A stretch of 56,591 nucleotides of DNA from Bacteroidota bacterium (GCA_025363555.1 JANYDQ010000372.1:1-56591); one strand, 5' to 3'. Numbered from the stretch's first letter, positions 1-9,302 are shown. Notes: generated from the sequence alone by a model not told the origin. A program made the numbers and translations.

Positions 1-1
1 C

Positions 2-961
2 ATGAAACCTGCGTCAAGCCCAACTGCAGTGGTTCGAGTGCCATCATTTAATCCATTATTAATATATGGAGGAGTTGGATTAGGAAAAACCCATTTATCC
101 CATGCAATAGGTATTCAAATAAAAAATCAGTTTCCATCAAAAACTGTTCTTTATGTTTCTTCCGAAAAATTTACGCAACAATATATTGATTCGGTAAGAA
201 ATAATAACCAAAACGATTTTATACACTTTTATCAAATGATAGATGTATTAATAATTGATGATGTACAATATTTCGCTGGAAAAGAAAAAACCCAAGATGT
301 GTTTTTTCACATATTTAATCACTTACATCAATCAGGTAAACAATTAGTTTTAACTGCAGATAAAGCACCTGTAGAATTACAAGGATTTGAGCAACGGTTG
401 CTTTCCCGTTTTAAATGGGGTTTAGCCGCTGACCTGCAAACTCCCGGGTTAGAAACAAGAATTGCTATACTAGAGAAAAAAGTTTATGCTGATGGAATTG
501 ATTTACCAAGAGATGTTATTGAATACCTTGCTTATAGTATTACAACCAATGTAAGAGAATTAGAAGGTGCTTTAATTTCATTACTTGCTCAATCATCTAT
601 GAACAAAAAGGCAATCAATCTGGAACTTGCAAAACAAATGATTGATAAATTTGTAAAAAACACTGCACGTGAAGTGTCTATTGATTATATACAAAAAGTA
701 GTTTGTGATTATTTTGAATTGCCTCTTGAATTATTAAAATCTAAAACACGCAAACGTGAAGTTGTTCAGGCTAGACAAATTGCTATGTATTTCGCAAAGA
801 GTATGACAAAATCTTCTTTAGCAACCATCGGTTTACATTGTGGCGGAAAGGATCACGCTACTGTACTTCATGCTTGTCGTACTGTAAACAACCTAATGGA
901 TACAGATAAGCGATTTAAAAATTATATTGACGAGTTGAATAAAAAAATCACTATTCAATAA
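2..961 (+). CDS. dnaA: Chromosomal replication initiator DnaA, 5'-truncated (domains III-IV)
   Basis: FNPLLIYGGVGLGKTHL Walker A, LIIDDVQ Walker B, RLLSRFKWGL, NVRELEGAL, ARQIAMY and GGKDHATVLHA domain IV signature. The first ~14 codons do not look like DnaA. Confidence 0.98.
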   Translation: MKPASSPTAVVRVPSFNPLLIYGGVGLGKTHLSHAIGIQIKNQFPSKTVLYVSSEKFTQQYIDSVRNNNQNDFIHFYQMIDVLIIDDVQYFAGKEKTQDVFFHIFNHLHQSGKQLVLTADKAPVELQGFEQRLLSRFKWGLAADLQTPGLETRIAILEKKVYADGIDLPRDVIEYLAYSITTNVRELEGALISLLAQSSMNKKAINLELAKQMIDKFVKNTAREVSIDYIQKVVCDYFELPLELLKSKTRKREVVQARQIAMYFAKSMTKSSLATIGLHCGGKDHATVLHACRTVNNLMDTDKRFKNYIDELNKKITIQ

Positions 962-982
962 ATTAAGAAACTAATAATTAGC

Positions 983-1015
983 AAATAGGAATCAGAAAAT
1001 CTGATTCCTATTTTT
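983..1015 (+). terminator. Intrinsic terminator after dnaA
   Basis: Perfect 14-bp inverted repeat aaataggaatcaga-aaa-tctgattcctattt running into a T tract. Confidence 0.8.
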
Positions 1016-1028
1016 GTTTAAAGGAAAT

Positions 1029-1511
1029 ATGACAAAAATATTAATGGTATGCCTGGGAAATATTTGTCGTTCCCCTCTTGCTGAAGAAATTTTAAGGACT
1101 AAAGCAATTCAGCATAAGCTTGAAATAATTGTTGATTCAGCCGGCACCTCCGGTCAACATATTGGTGAACATCCTGACAAGCGAACAATATTAAATGCAA
1201 AAACACATAAAATTGATTTATCGAAACTTAAAGCTCGACAATTTTCAGTTAGCGATTTTGATAATTTTGATTTAGTTTTTGTTATGGATGCTTCCAATTA
1301 TTCGTATGTTATTTCATTAGCAAGAAATAAAAATGAAATTCAAAAAGTACAATTGATTTTAAATACTGTTTATCCAAATGCTTCGTTGTCGGTTCCTGAT
1401 CCTTACTTTGGAGGTGTAGAAGGTTTTGAAAATGTGTTTACAATACTTAATAATGCATGTGAAGTAATTGTTAAATCTTTAATTATGAAAAACAAAAAAC
1501 AAAATGAGTAA
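1029..1511 (+). CDS. Low molecular weight protein-tyrosine phosphatase
   Basis: VCLGNICRSP P-loop, DSAGT and VPDPYFG motifs. ATG at 1029 preferred to TTG at 1014, which lies in the terminator. Confidence 0.95.
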   Translation: MTKILMVCLGNICRSPLAEEILRTKAIQHKLEIIVDSAGTSGQHIGEHPDKRTILNAKTHKIDLSKLKARQFSVSDFDNFDLVFVMDASNYSYVISLARNKNEIQKVQLILNTVYPNASLSVPDPYFGGVEGFENVFTILNNACEVIVKSLIMKNKKQNE

Positions 1512-2217
1512 AAAAGGAAAGTTATATTTAATACCTGCAACACTTGGGGAGACAGGAGAAACCGCAGAAGTTATCCCGATAAAAATAAATCATCTCATTA
1601 ATACAATTACGGAATATATTGTTGAAAACGAAAAATCTGCGAGGCATTATTTGAAAAAACTCGGTATAAATGAATCTTTAAATAATATTATCCTTCATCC
1701 ATTGAATCAACACACATTATCTAAAGAAATTTTACATTATTTAGATTCTATCGAAGTTGGGAAAAACATTGGATTAATATCCGAGGCAGGTTGCCCAGCC
1801 ATAGCTGACCCTGGAGAAGTTATTGTAAAATTAGCTCATAAGAAAAACATTCAGGTTATTCCTTTAGTCGGACCATCGTCCCTTTTACTTTCATTGATGG
1901 CTAGCGGGATGAATGGACAAAACTTTACTTTCAATGGTTATTTACCAAAAGAACGTAATGAACGAATTTTAAAAATAAGAGAACTTGAAAGAATTGTAAA
2001 TCAAAAAAAACAGACGCAACTTTTTATTGAAACGCCCTATCGTAATATTCATTTACTTGAAGATATTCTATTATATTGTAACAATGAGACTCAACTTTGT
2101 ATTGCATGCGACTTAACGCTTCCTACAGAATTAATAAAAACAAAAAGCATTCAGGAGTGGAAAAAGCAATTACCGGATATTAATAAACGCCCTACCATTT
2201 TTTTACTTGGCAAGTAA
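1504..2217 (+). CDS. SAM-dependent methyltransferase, RsmI-like tetrapyrrole methylase family
   Basis: GKLYLIP, SEAGCPAIADPG, LVGPSS, FIETPYRN motifs. Confidence 0.9.
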   Translation: MSKKGKLYLIPATLGETGETAEVIPIKINHLINTITEYIVENEKSARHYLKKLGINESLNNIILHPLNQHTLSKEILHYLDSIEVGKNIGLISEAGCPAIADPGEVIVKLAHKKNIQVIPLVGPSSLLLSLMASGMNGQNFTFNGYLPKERNERILKIRELERIVNQKKQTQLFIETPYRNIHLLEDILLYCNNETQLCIACDLTLPTELIKTKSIQEWKKQLPDINKRPTIFLLGK

Positions 2218-2220
2218 TTT

Positions 2221-3528
2221 TTACAATTTTAAAGCTTTTGCCTGACGTGAAGATTTTGCAGGATTCCAATTGTCCTTATATGATGCTTTAAAGAATATTT
2301 CCTGAATATATGCAGTAGTCCTTACTATCCTTAAAAAATAACCGAAATAAAATACCATTAATGGAATATAAATCAGGAAATAAGTAATTCCTTCGTTTTT
2401 GCGGTCACGAAAAGGGGAAAACACAAGAAACTTCATAAAATTGTTTACAGTGTATAACACAATATTCATTGGAACAATAAATACTAATTGTGAAGTAAAA
2501 TTAAAAAGCATATCTAACAAATAAAAATACCATTTTACATTCAATATTAAATTATACGTTACATTTTCAACAAAAGAAATAAAATTTGAAAACCTAAAAG
2601 AATCATTGGGAATGAAAACATCTCTATGCTTTCGCAAACGAAATCTGATAAGTGATTTATCCCAACGCAAACGTTGTTTAATAAGCCTGTTGAAAGTTAC
2701 CGGAACACTTGTTTGGCATACTGCAGTTGGTTCGAAATGGATGACATAACCAAGTTTACGAATTTTAACCGTAATGTCACCATCTAAACCGGGACCAATG
2801 TCCCAACCCCCGAGCCTATCTAAAGCCTCTTTTCTGAATGCTCCAAATGCTCCCGAAATAACTCTATAGATACCTAACTCGCTTGTAGTAATTCGACCAA
2901 TGGATATAGTATCATAATATTCTAAAGCTTGTAAAGTCGCACAAAGACTTTCTTTGTAATTACGAACTTGAACATTCCCACCAACAGCTCCAATTTTGGG
3001 ATTATAAAAAAATGGTACCAAAATGTTCTCAATTGCATCCCTGTCGTAAGAACAGTCTGCATCGAAATGAACTATAAACTCACCTCGTGCATAACGTAAT
3101 CCTAAATTAGCCGCAGAAGCTTTTCCTCCTCTTACATCATTTCTATAAAAGGCATTAATCATTCCATTATGTTCAAGATTTCGGCAAATGACTGCCGTAT
3201 CATCATCAGAGCCATCATCAATAACTATTAATTCAAAATTCTGGTAGGTTTGTTCTTTGAGGGAATTAACCAGTTTGAAAATATGTTTCCCTTCGTTTCT
3301 TCCGGGAACTATAATTGAAACGAGAGGTTGGCTTTTTAAAAGAGAAAGACGAGCATCAGCAATACCTTTCTTTCTGAAAATACTGTCGAACTTCCAGAAA
3401 ATAATGGTAGAAATTTCGATAAGAAAAAAACGAAAAAATTCGAAAATAAAAAAAAACCAAAACATTCGGAATAGCTTTGCAGCATCAACCGAAGACATGT
3501 AATTAATAAATTCGTCAAGAAAACGCAT
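2221..3528 (-). CDS. Processive GT2 polysaccharide synthase (PgaC/IcaA/hyaluronan synthase-like)
   Basis: DDGSDD, GKASA, DAD, GLDGD and QRLRW (QxxRW) motifs. One N-terminal and several C-terminal TM segments. Confidence 0.9.
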   Translation of the reverse strand: MRFLDEFINYMSSVDAAKLFRMFWFFFIFEFFRFFLIEISTIIFWKFDSIFRKKGIADARLSLLKSQPLVSIIVPGRNEGKHIFKLVNSLKEQTYQNFELIVIDDGSDDDTAVICRNLEHNGMINAFYRNDVRGGKASAANLGLRYARGEFIVHFDADCSYDRDAIENILVPFFYNPKIGAVGGNVQVRNYKESLCATLQALEYYDTISIGRITTSELGIYRVISGAFGAFRKEALDRLGGWDIGPGLDGDITVKIRKLGYVIHFEPTAVCQTSVPVTFNRLIKQRLRWDKSLIRFRLRKHRDVFIPNDSFRFSNFISFVENVTYNLILNVKWYFYLLDMLFNFTSQLVFIVPMNIVLYTVNNFMKFLVFSPFRDRKNEGITYFLIYIPLMVFYFGYFLRIVRTTAYIQEIFFKASYKDNWNPAKSSRQAKALKL

Positions 3529-4961
3529 TAATCAAATAATTCTTTTGTTAGTTCGTCAAGTTGAAATTCTGATTTGTTAAATGGTTGAAGTAATTTGACT
3601 TTAAAATTAATCTTTACTTCAAAGTCATTAAAATTATTCCGTATAAGTTTTTCAATTAGTGTTTTTAAATTCAGTAAATCTGCTTCTGACTGAAGATAAT
3701 CGCAGTTTATCAAGCCTAAATATAAAGTGGAAGAATTCTCAAATGCAATAAAATCCGTTGTTCTTATATTCTCACGAACAAGATTTACTATGTTTTCTAA
3801 TATTGATTTTTCTCCTTTTTTACCTGTCTTTTTATATAACTCTAAAATGTTTTCTATGTTAATGATTGCAATACTGGATTTTTGTTCGGTGTTATCTTTT
3901 ATCCGCTCAATTTCATAGTGTAATAGTGTCTTAAATACAGGCATACTTATGGCTCCGAAAATATCTTCCACTTCTCTGCCACTCGAAAGAAATCCATTTG
4001 CTGCCGCAGTTCTTCCTCTCTTGGTAAGTTTATAAATATTAATTGATTTAGGAATGAGATATTGTACTTCAATATCCTGGGTACAGGAAATACATTTTGC
4101 TTTTACAAAAAAGTCTTGAAAATTTTTATCACAATTATTGCAATGATGGATAATGGAAGGCTTATCATAATCAACACCGATATGGCGTAAAGCTTTATTG
4201 CATTTAGGACAAGTCAGAGAATTATCAATGGTATTTCGGAAATCGGATAATGGTCCGATATAAGCGCAAGGAAAGTGGTGAACCAAATCCTGAGCACTTG
4301 AATTAGAGGAATTACAATGCGGACAAACTTCACGATAACTTAAAAATCCACCATTGCAATTATTACACAAATAGATTCGTTCGAAAAAATCTGGCCAGAT
4401 CAATCCTTCCTTTTCACCCCATCCTAAAATTTCAAGAACTTGTGTTTCTTCTGCAGAATCAAAGTTTACAGATATTTCCGGATAAGTATAACCAATGGCA
4501 GAATTTAAATCGGGGATAGGTTTGAGTGTTTTTAAATCACGGGTGTACATGTAATTCAACACTTTCTTTACCATTTGAGCTTCGAATGTTGCTACCAATT
4601 GATAATCCAATTGGGTAGTTTTTAAAAATATTTGTTTTGCAACATCGGCAATATCTTTTAACTGATCGTATGAATGAATTATCCCATCATTCATATTTTG
4701 GAGAATCGGATCTTTTGATTCTTTATAATTAATTAAAAAAATTGGTTTTAAATAAAATTCGGGATTATAGTGCCCGCGAATTTTCCTTAGAATCAGCTTA
4801 GCAAAATCAGCATCCTTAGAATCAATAATAATGGCATCGTAGCCAATTAATGGTTCGATTTTTACACTACTGGTGCTGTCAATAATAAAGAACAAAAGAT
4901 TTTCAAATTCAATCTTATTATTTCTTATTTCGATGGATTGAGGAACTACTTTTAATGACAT
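3528..4961 (-). CDS. Zinc-ribbon (TackOD1-like) protein with N-terminal receiver-like region and C-terminal degenerate GGDEF-like domain
   Basis: CNNC, CPHC, HFPC, CPKC, CNNC, CISC motifs plus LRHIGVDYDKP. C-terminal IRTTDFIAFENSSTL matches RxxD-x5-(GGDEF) spacing. Stop overlaps the GT2 start (TAATG). Confidence 0.75.
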   Translation of the reverse strand: MSLKVVPQSIEIRNNKIEFENLLFFIIDSTSSVKIEPLIGYDAIIIDSKDADFAKLILRKIRGHYNPEFYLKPIFLINYKESKDPILQNMNDGIIHSYDQLKDIADVAKQIFLKTTQLDYQLVATFEAQMVKKVLNYMYTRDLKTLKPIPDLNSAIGYTYPEISVNFDSAEETQVLEILGWGEKEGLIWPDFFERIYLCNNCNGGFLSYREVCPHCNSSNSSAQDLVHHFPCAYIGPLSDFRNTIDNSLTCPKCNKALRHIGVDYDKPSIIHHCNNCDKNFQDFFVKAKCISCTQDIEVQYLIPKSINIYKLTKRGRTAAANGFLSSGREVEDIFGAISMPVFKTLLHYEIERIKDNTEQKSSIAIINIENILELYKKTGKKGEKSILENIVNLVRENIRTTDFIAFENSSTLYLGLINCDYLQSEADLLNLKTLIEKLIRNNFNDFEVKINFKVKLLQPFNKSEFQLDELTKELFD

Positions 4962-4988
4962 GATTACAAGTATTTAATTTTTCAATTC

Positions 4989-6092
4989 TTAATATTTATA
5001 TTTAGTTATTGTTGCACCCAACTTATAAAATGATTTCCAATGTTTGTATTCCGATTCTTCCACCGGATAAATATCAGCTGCTATGGTTCTTGTTGTTGGT
5101 TCATAACGTTTTTGAAATTCATCAGGCAAGGAATAGGTTGCGTAATAAAATCTCTTTATTATCCCGCTGCTTTTTGTTCCATCAGGAAATTCGATATTTA
5201 CCATATCGCCCTCTTTAAAATAATTCATGTCTTCCTGTTCAAAAAATCCTTTTATGTACATAGGGGTATTTTTATGAATAGCCAATATCTGATCAGATTT
5301 TAAAGCCACTTCAAATTGCTGGGTATAAATTCTTGTAACGGTACCGTTTATCGGGGAATAAAATACTTTTGTACTATCCATAATGCCTCCCCCACCATTA
5401 GCGCCTCCACCCAATATCAATCCATTCCTGGTGCTTAAAATCTGAACCTTTTTTTCAGATTCGCCTAATTGATAGATAAGTCCGTAATACTGCATGTTTT
5501 CACTATTCAATGCGTCAATAGCGGTATTTAAACGCAGTATTTCGTTTTGAACATATTCCAACCTGCTTTTTGGCAATACATCTAACACTACCTCATTTTC
5601 TAACCTTTGCAGCTCGGACTCATAACTTTTTATTAACGACTTATCTTGAGTAATTAAAATCTGATTGGTTCCTGCTTTTTTCTGAAGAGCATACTTTTCC
5701 TTTTCTCTCCAATCCAATTGATTTTGATAGGTAGTATCATTGTATCCACCTTTTACTCCTCCGGTTGCTCCAAAACCACCTCCATCCAAATTAGTTTTAG
5801 CAGGAGTGTAAACAAATAATGAATCTCCTTTACGAACCGTATCACCTTCTTTTTTCTGATAAGACAAAACACGGCAATCTTCCGTTAAACGAATGATTAC
5901 GTTTTCATACAAAACCTGCCCGTCAGCTTTTATATAAAACAATTTATTTACGGCATAATAACTTAAAAAAACAAGAGCCCCGATAATAAATACAATATAA
6001 ACTACTCTATCCCAATTGTATTTAATCTTCCTGGTATCTTCGTTCATTACTCGTATTGCCGAGCCTTTTCTTTTAAAATCTATACTTTTCAA
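4989..6092 (-). CDS. HlyD/membrane-fusion-protein family periplasmic adaptor
   Basis: Single N-terminal TM, lipoyl half motifs (KEGDTVRKGDSL; YSPINGTV), central coiled coil, C-terminal beta-barrel. TTG start uncertain. Confidence 0.8.
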   Translation of the reverse strand: MKSIDFKRKGSAIRVMNEDTRKIKYNWDRVVYIVFIIGALVFLSYYAVNKLFYIKADGQVLYENVIIRLTEDCRVLSYQKKEGDTVRKGDSLFVYTPAKTNLDGGGFGATGGVKGGYNDTTYQNQLDWREKEKYALQKKAGTNQILITQDKSLIKSYESELQRLENEVVLDVLPKSRLEYVQNEILRLNTAIDALNSENMQYYGLIYQLGESEKKVQILSTRNGLILGGGANGGGGIMDSTKVFYSPINGTVTRIYTQQFEVALKSDQILAIHKNTPMYIKGFFEQEDMNYFKEGDMVNIEFPDGTKSSGIIKRFYYATYSLPDEFQKRYEPTTRTIAADIYPVEESEYKHWKSFYKLGATITKYKY

Positions 6093-6109
6093 AATATTAT
6101 GGTTTTGGT

Positions 6110-8221
6110 TTATTTCTGATTTTGATTTACGCTCAATTCATCTAATTTTACAAATGTTTCTAAATCATGCATGGCAAAATTAGATGTATTTAAAAGTTGA
6201 TTTAATTCTGAAATTAACTTTTCGCATTCATTCCTGTTATTAAAATCTTTAGCTCTTAAAGCAATCGTTGTTTTATTAGCATCTATTGCAAATTCTTCTT
6301 TTACTTTTCGAACAATATAATCAGCGTCATTATGCTCATAAGCCATTATATATACCTTGTCCGCCTGTGCATAAATATCTTTTAATGTTTCTTCAGGATA
6401 AAAAACAGGGATGGAAACACTTAACTGCAAACCCTTTTGAGTACAATAGTTTTTTGCTGTCTTCAATAGCTCAACGTATTGTTTCAGATAATTTTCTTTG
6501 TTTGCATCCCAATCGCTCATGGTATGAGGTTCCACATCTAAATGAATGGCAGTTATTGCTTTCAAATCCAATCCATTTGTAACAGAGTCAAAATAGGCCG
6601 TTGGTTTTGAAGAGGTGAGCAATTTATTACTTCCTATTAAAAGTTCAACCTTTATTCCTTTAGAATTCAATTTATTTATTAATACCTCTGCTTCAGTTTT
6701 GTTCGACTGGTCTTTTTTCAAAGATAAAATGGCAGTAGAAATTTTATTCAATCTTAAGTATTCGGCAATATAAGATGACTCATATTTTTTTTGAGCATCC
6801 GACCAGATATACATACTCCGGTTTATTTTTTCTGTTGCTATGGAAAGCGTATCTATTTTATATGGCATAATAATTTTTTCAATATCTGCACTTGGTGCTT
6901 TTGAATGAATGTCTAATAATTGTAAATACATTTGCTGCTGAATATCCAGCATCTCAATATCAACCGTTAACATTTCATCTAAAAGGTTAAGTGCTGTTAG
7001 TGGATTAAACTCTAAATCTCCAAATTTTTCCTTTACTCTTTCGATACGAACTAACTCTTCATATTTTTTCCTCTTCTCATAAAAATTGCTGTACTGTTTA
7101 AGTTTGTATCTGAACTCATAAAATGAATTTAATAAGTCTGTTTGTCTAGCTTTAGAACCTTCTTTCTGGTCGAATTCGAGAAGCTTGGTTTGAGCGGTAA
7201 CAAGATTTTTATTTGCTTTTATTCGCAATGGAATTGGAACTGCAACTCCCACCCCAGCCGACATATAGTTTCTGCTGTAAATACTATTAACCAAATCGTA
7301 GTAATTAAATCGCACTTGTGCATTTAACTTAATATCACTTAAAGGCTTATGAGCCAGTTTTAAATTTTCAATTTGTAACTTCAAAATGCTGTCATTTCCA
7401 TTTGCATGCACGGCAGCCGAATCAACCGAAAGAAACTTTGAAAAATCAACATCAAATACCGGCAAAATATTTTTAGGTAACGAATCCACGTTCATTTTCA
7501 TTTTCAATTCGTCATTATAGCTTTTATAAATTTTATTCATACTCCCCACATCTACCTGCTGCTGCATAATTTCAAGCAAGTTAATTCTCGATAAATGTTT
7601 TAATAAATATAATTCATTGGCAACCGATATTTTATCATCAATAATTTGCTGGCGTTTTTCAAGTATTTTTATTTTATGTATATTAAATGAATAAATTATT
7701 TTATGCGAAACAGCAATATAATCTTCCCCGTCATTTTTTTTGGTCTGTGGAGTTAACGAAACTATTGTGTTTTCATTTTTTAATATACGTTGCTTATACC
7801 TGTTCTCAATAAAACCATCCGAGAGAATATTCCAGTCCAGCCCAACCTGGTACCTAAAGTGATATAATAAATTGTCGTCTGTATTAAAACCCGGATTAAA
7901 ATTTTGAAGATAATTTCCTACCCCTTCTAACCCTATATCTTTTTTCAAAAGATTTATTTTAGCTTCATTTACCCTTTTTACATACTCGGCATCCGACACA
8001 GATTCGGAAGCACTTATTTTATACAACTTAGGCACGGAGGCAAAACTTTCGTATTTCTTTTCTTCCCTTGAAACATCGTTGTCTAAACTCCAGACTGCTT
8101 TTAATTCACTTATTTTAAAAGAAATGAGAGAATCTTTACTGTCCTTGGATTGTGAAAATGAAAGCAACGACAAAACGGAAAATAGTGTGGTTACATTTAA
8201 TACTTTAATAAAGTACTTCAT
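6110..8221 (-). CDS. Secreted protein: TolC-like outer-membrane efflux region fused to a C-terminal TIM-barrel glycoside hydrolase-like domain
   Basis: Signal peptide. Two helix plus amphipathic beta-hairpin halves (YQVGLDWNIL; SAGVGVAVPIPL) as in OEP repeats. C-terminal MYIW...IHLDVEPH...VYIMAYE. Confidence 0.6.
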   Translation of the reverse strand: MKYFIKVLNVTTLFSVLSLLSFSQSKDSKDSLISFKISELKAVWSLDNDVSREEKKYESFASVPKLYKISASESVSDAEYVKRVNEAKINLLKKDIGLEGVGNYLQNFNPGFNTDDNLLYHFRYQVGLDWNILSDGFIENRYKQRILKNENTIVSLTPQTKKNDGEDYIAVSHKIIYSFNIHKIKILEKRQQIIDDKISVANELYLLKHLSRINLLEIMQQQVDVGSMNKIYKSYNDELKMKMNVDSLPKNILPVFDVDFSKFLSVDSAAVHANGNDSILKLQIENLKLAHKPLSDIKLNAQVRFNYYDLVNSIYSRNYMSAGVGVAVPIPLRIKANKNLVTAQTKLLEFDQKEGSKARQTDLLNSFYEFRYKLKQYSNFYEKRKKYEELVRIERVKEKFGDLEFNPLTALNLLDEMLTVDIEMLDIQQQMYLQLLDIHSKAPSADIEKIIMPYKIDTLSIATEKINRSMYIWSDAQKKYESSYIAEYLRLNKISTAILSLKKDQSNKTEAEVLINKLNSKGIKVELLIGSNKLLTSSKPTAYFDSVTNGLDLKAITAIHLDVEPHTMSDWDANKENYLKQYVELLKTAKNYCTQKGLQLSVSIPVFYPEETLKDIYAQADKVYIMAYEHNDADYIVRKVKEEFAIDANKTTIALRAKDFNNRNECEKLISELNQLLNTSNFAMHDLETFVKLDELSVNQNQK

Positions 8222-8263
8222 AAATAAGAGTAAAGTTTATCGCAGATATAATTAATTTGGTCG

Positions 8264-8296
8264 CAAATATATTAACAATTTTTCTGAACCACCAAA
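8264..8296 (-). promoter_or_regulatory. Bacteroidota primary-sigma promoter of the 8221-2221 operon
   Basis: Minus strand: TTTG (8296-8293), 21-nt spacer, TATATTTG (8271-8264), matching the -33 TTTG / -7 TAnnTTTG consensus. Confidence 0.7.
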
Positions 8297-8345
8297 GGAA
8301 TTAACAGTTATTTTATAAACTTGTTAATAATGCAATGTTAATAAA

Positions 8346-9296
8346 CTACAACTTTTTCTCTATTTGGTAACGATTTCTATCGCCAGAACTGCGTGAAATC
8401 AATTCTCCCAGGAAGCCGGCAAGAAATAATTGAGTGCCGATAACCATGGCTATAAGTGCCAAATAAAATAATGGTTTATCGGTTACGTCTCGGGTGGGAA
8501 TATGATAATGTGACTTATATATCTTCTCTATGATCAAAATTAAGGAAACTATTCCGCCAAATAAAAATGAAAGTGTTCCCCATAATCCAAAAAAGTGCAT
8601 GGGGCGCTTTCCGAATTTGGAAACAAAGGTGATGGAAGTTAAGTCTAAAAAACCATTGATAAACCTTTCGATACCAAACTTTGTTTTTCCATATTTTCGT
8701 TCCTGATGGTGAACCACCTTTTCTTCTATCTTAGTAAATCCTGCCCACTTAGCAATAACAGGAATATAGCGGTGCATTTCGCCATATACTTCAATGTTTT
8801 TTACTACTTCCTTTTTATAAGCTTTCAGTCCGCAGTTAAAATCATGAAGATTGTTTATTCCGCTTGCTTTGCGTGTTGCCCAGTTAAATAGTTTGGTAGG
8901 AATTGTTTTTGTAATAGGGTCGTATCGTTTTTGTTTCCAGCCGGAAACCAAATCCAGCCCGTCATCAAAAATCATTTTATATAAACCAGGAATTTCATCG
9001 GGTGAGTCCTGCAAATCTGCATCCATGGTAATAACCACATCCCCCTGGGTAATTGCAAATCCTTCATTTAATGCAGCCGACTTGCCATAATTTCTTCTGA
9101 ACTTTATTCCTCTTATGTTTTTATTGTTTTCCGAAAGTTGCTCTATCACTTTCCATGAAGCATCTGTAGAACCATCGTCCACCAGGATAATTTCATAACT
9201 AAAATTATTGGCGAGCATAACCCGCTCAATCCACTGGCATAGTTCAGGCAAAGATTCTTCTTCGTTAAATAAAGGAATGACAACAGAAAGATTCAT
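8346..9296 (-). CDS. GT2 polyprenol-phosphate glycosyltransferase (ArnC/DPM1-like)
   Basis: LSVVIPLFNEEE, VDDGS, RNYGKSAAL, MDADLQD, GEMHRYIP, two C-terminal TMs. Start moved to ATG 9296, downstream of the -7 box. Confidence 0.92.
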   Translation of the reverse strand: MNLSVVIPLFNEEESLPELCQWIERVMLANNFSYEIILVDDGSTDASWKVIEQLSENNKNIRGIKFRRNYGKSAALNEGFAITQGDVVITMDADLQDSPDEIPGLYKMIFDDGLDLVSGWKQKRYDPITKTIPTKLFNWATRKASGINNLHDFNCGLKAYKKEVVKNIEVYGEMHRYIPVIAKWAGFTKIEEKVVHHQERKYGKTKFGIERFINGFLDLTSITFVSKFGKRPMHFFGLWGTLSFLFGGIVSLILIIEKIYKSHYHIPTRDVTDKPLFYLALIAMVIGTQLFLAGFLGELISRSSGDRNRYQIEKKL

Positions 9297-9302
9297 AGAG
9301 GG

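Noticed and set aside
962-1028. oriC next to dnaA
   Set aside because: The short spacer is occupied by a terminator with no TTATCCACA cluster, and the upstream side is outside the window.
3448-3456. Homopolymer tracts (A9 here and at 38198, T8 at 43123) as phase-variation switches
   Set aside because: Runs of this length are expected in AT-rich DNA, and the frames are intact.
1-8300. Lower GC at the window start as an island or chimera
   Set aside because: The shift looks gradual and includes core genes. I cannot place a boundary without computing a GC profile.
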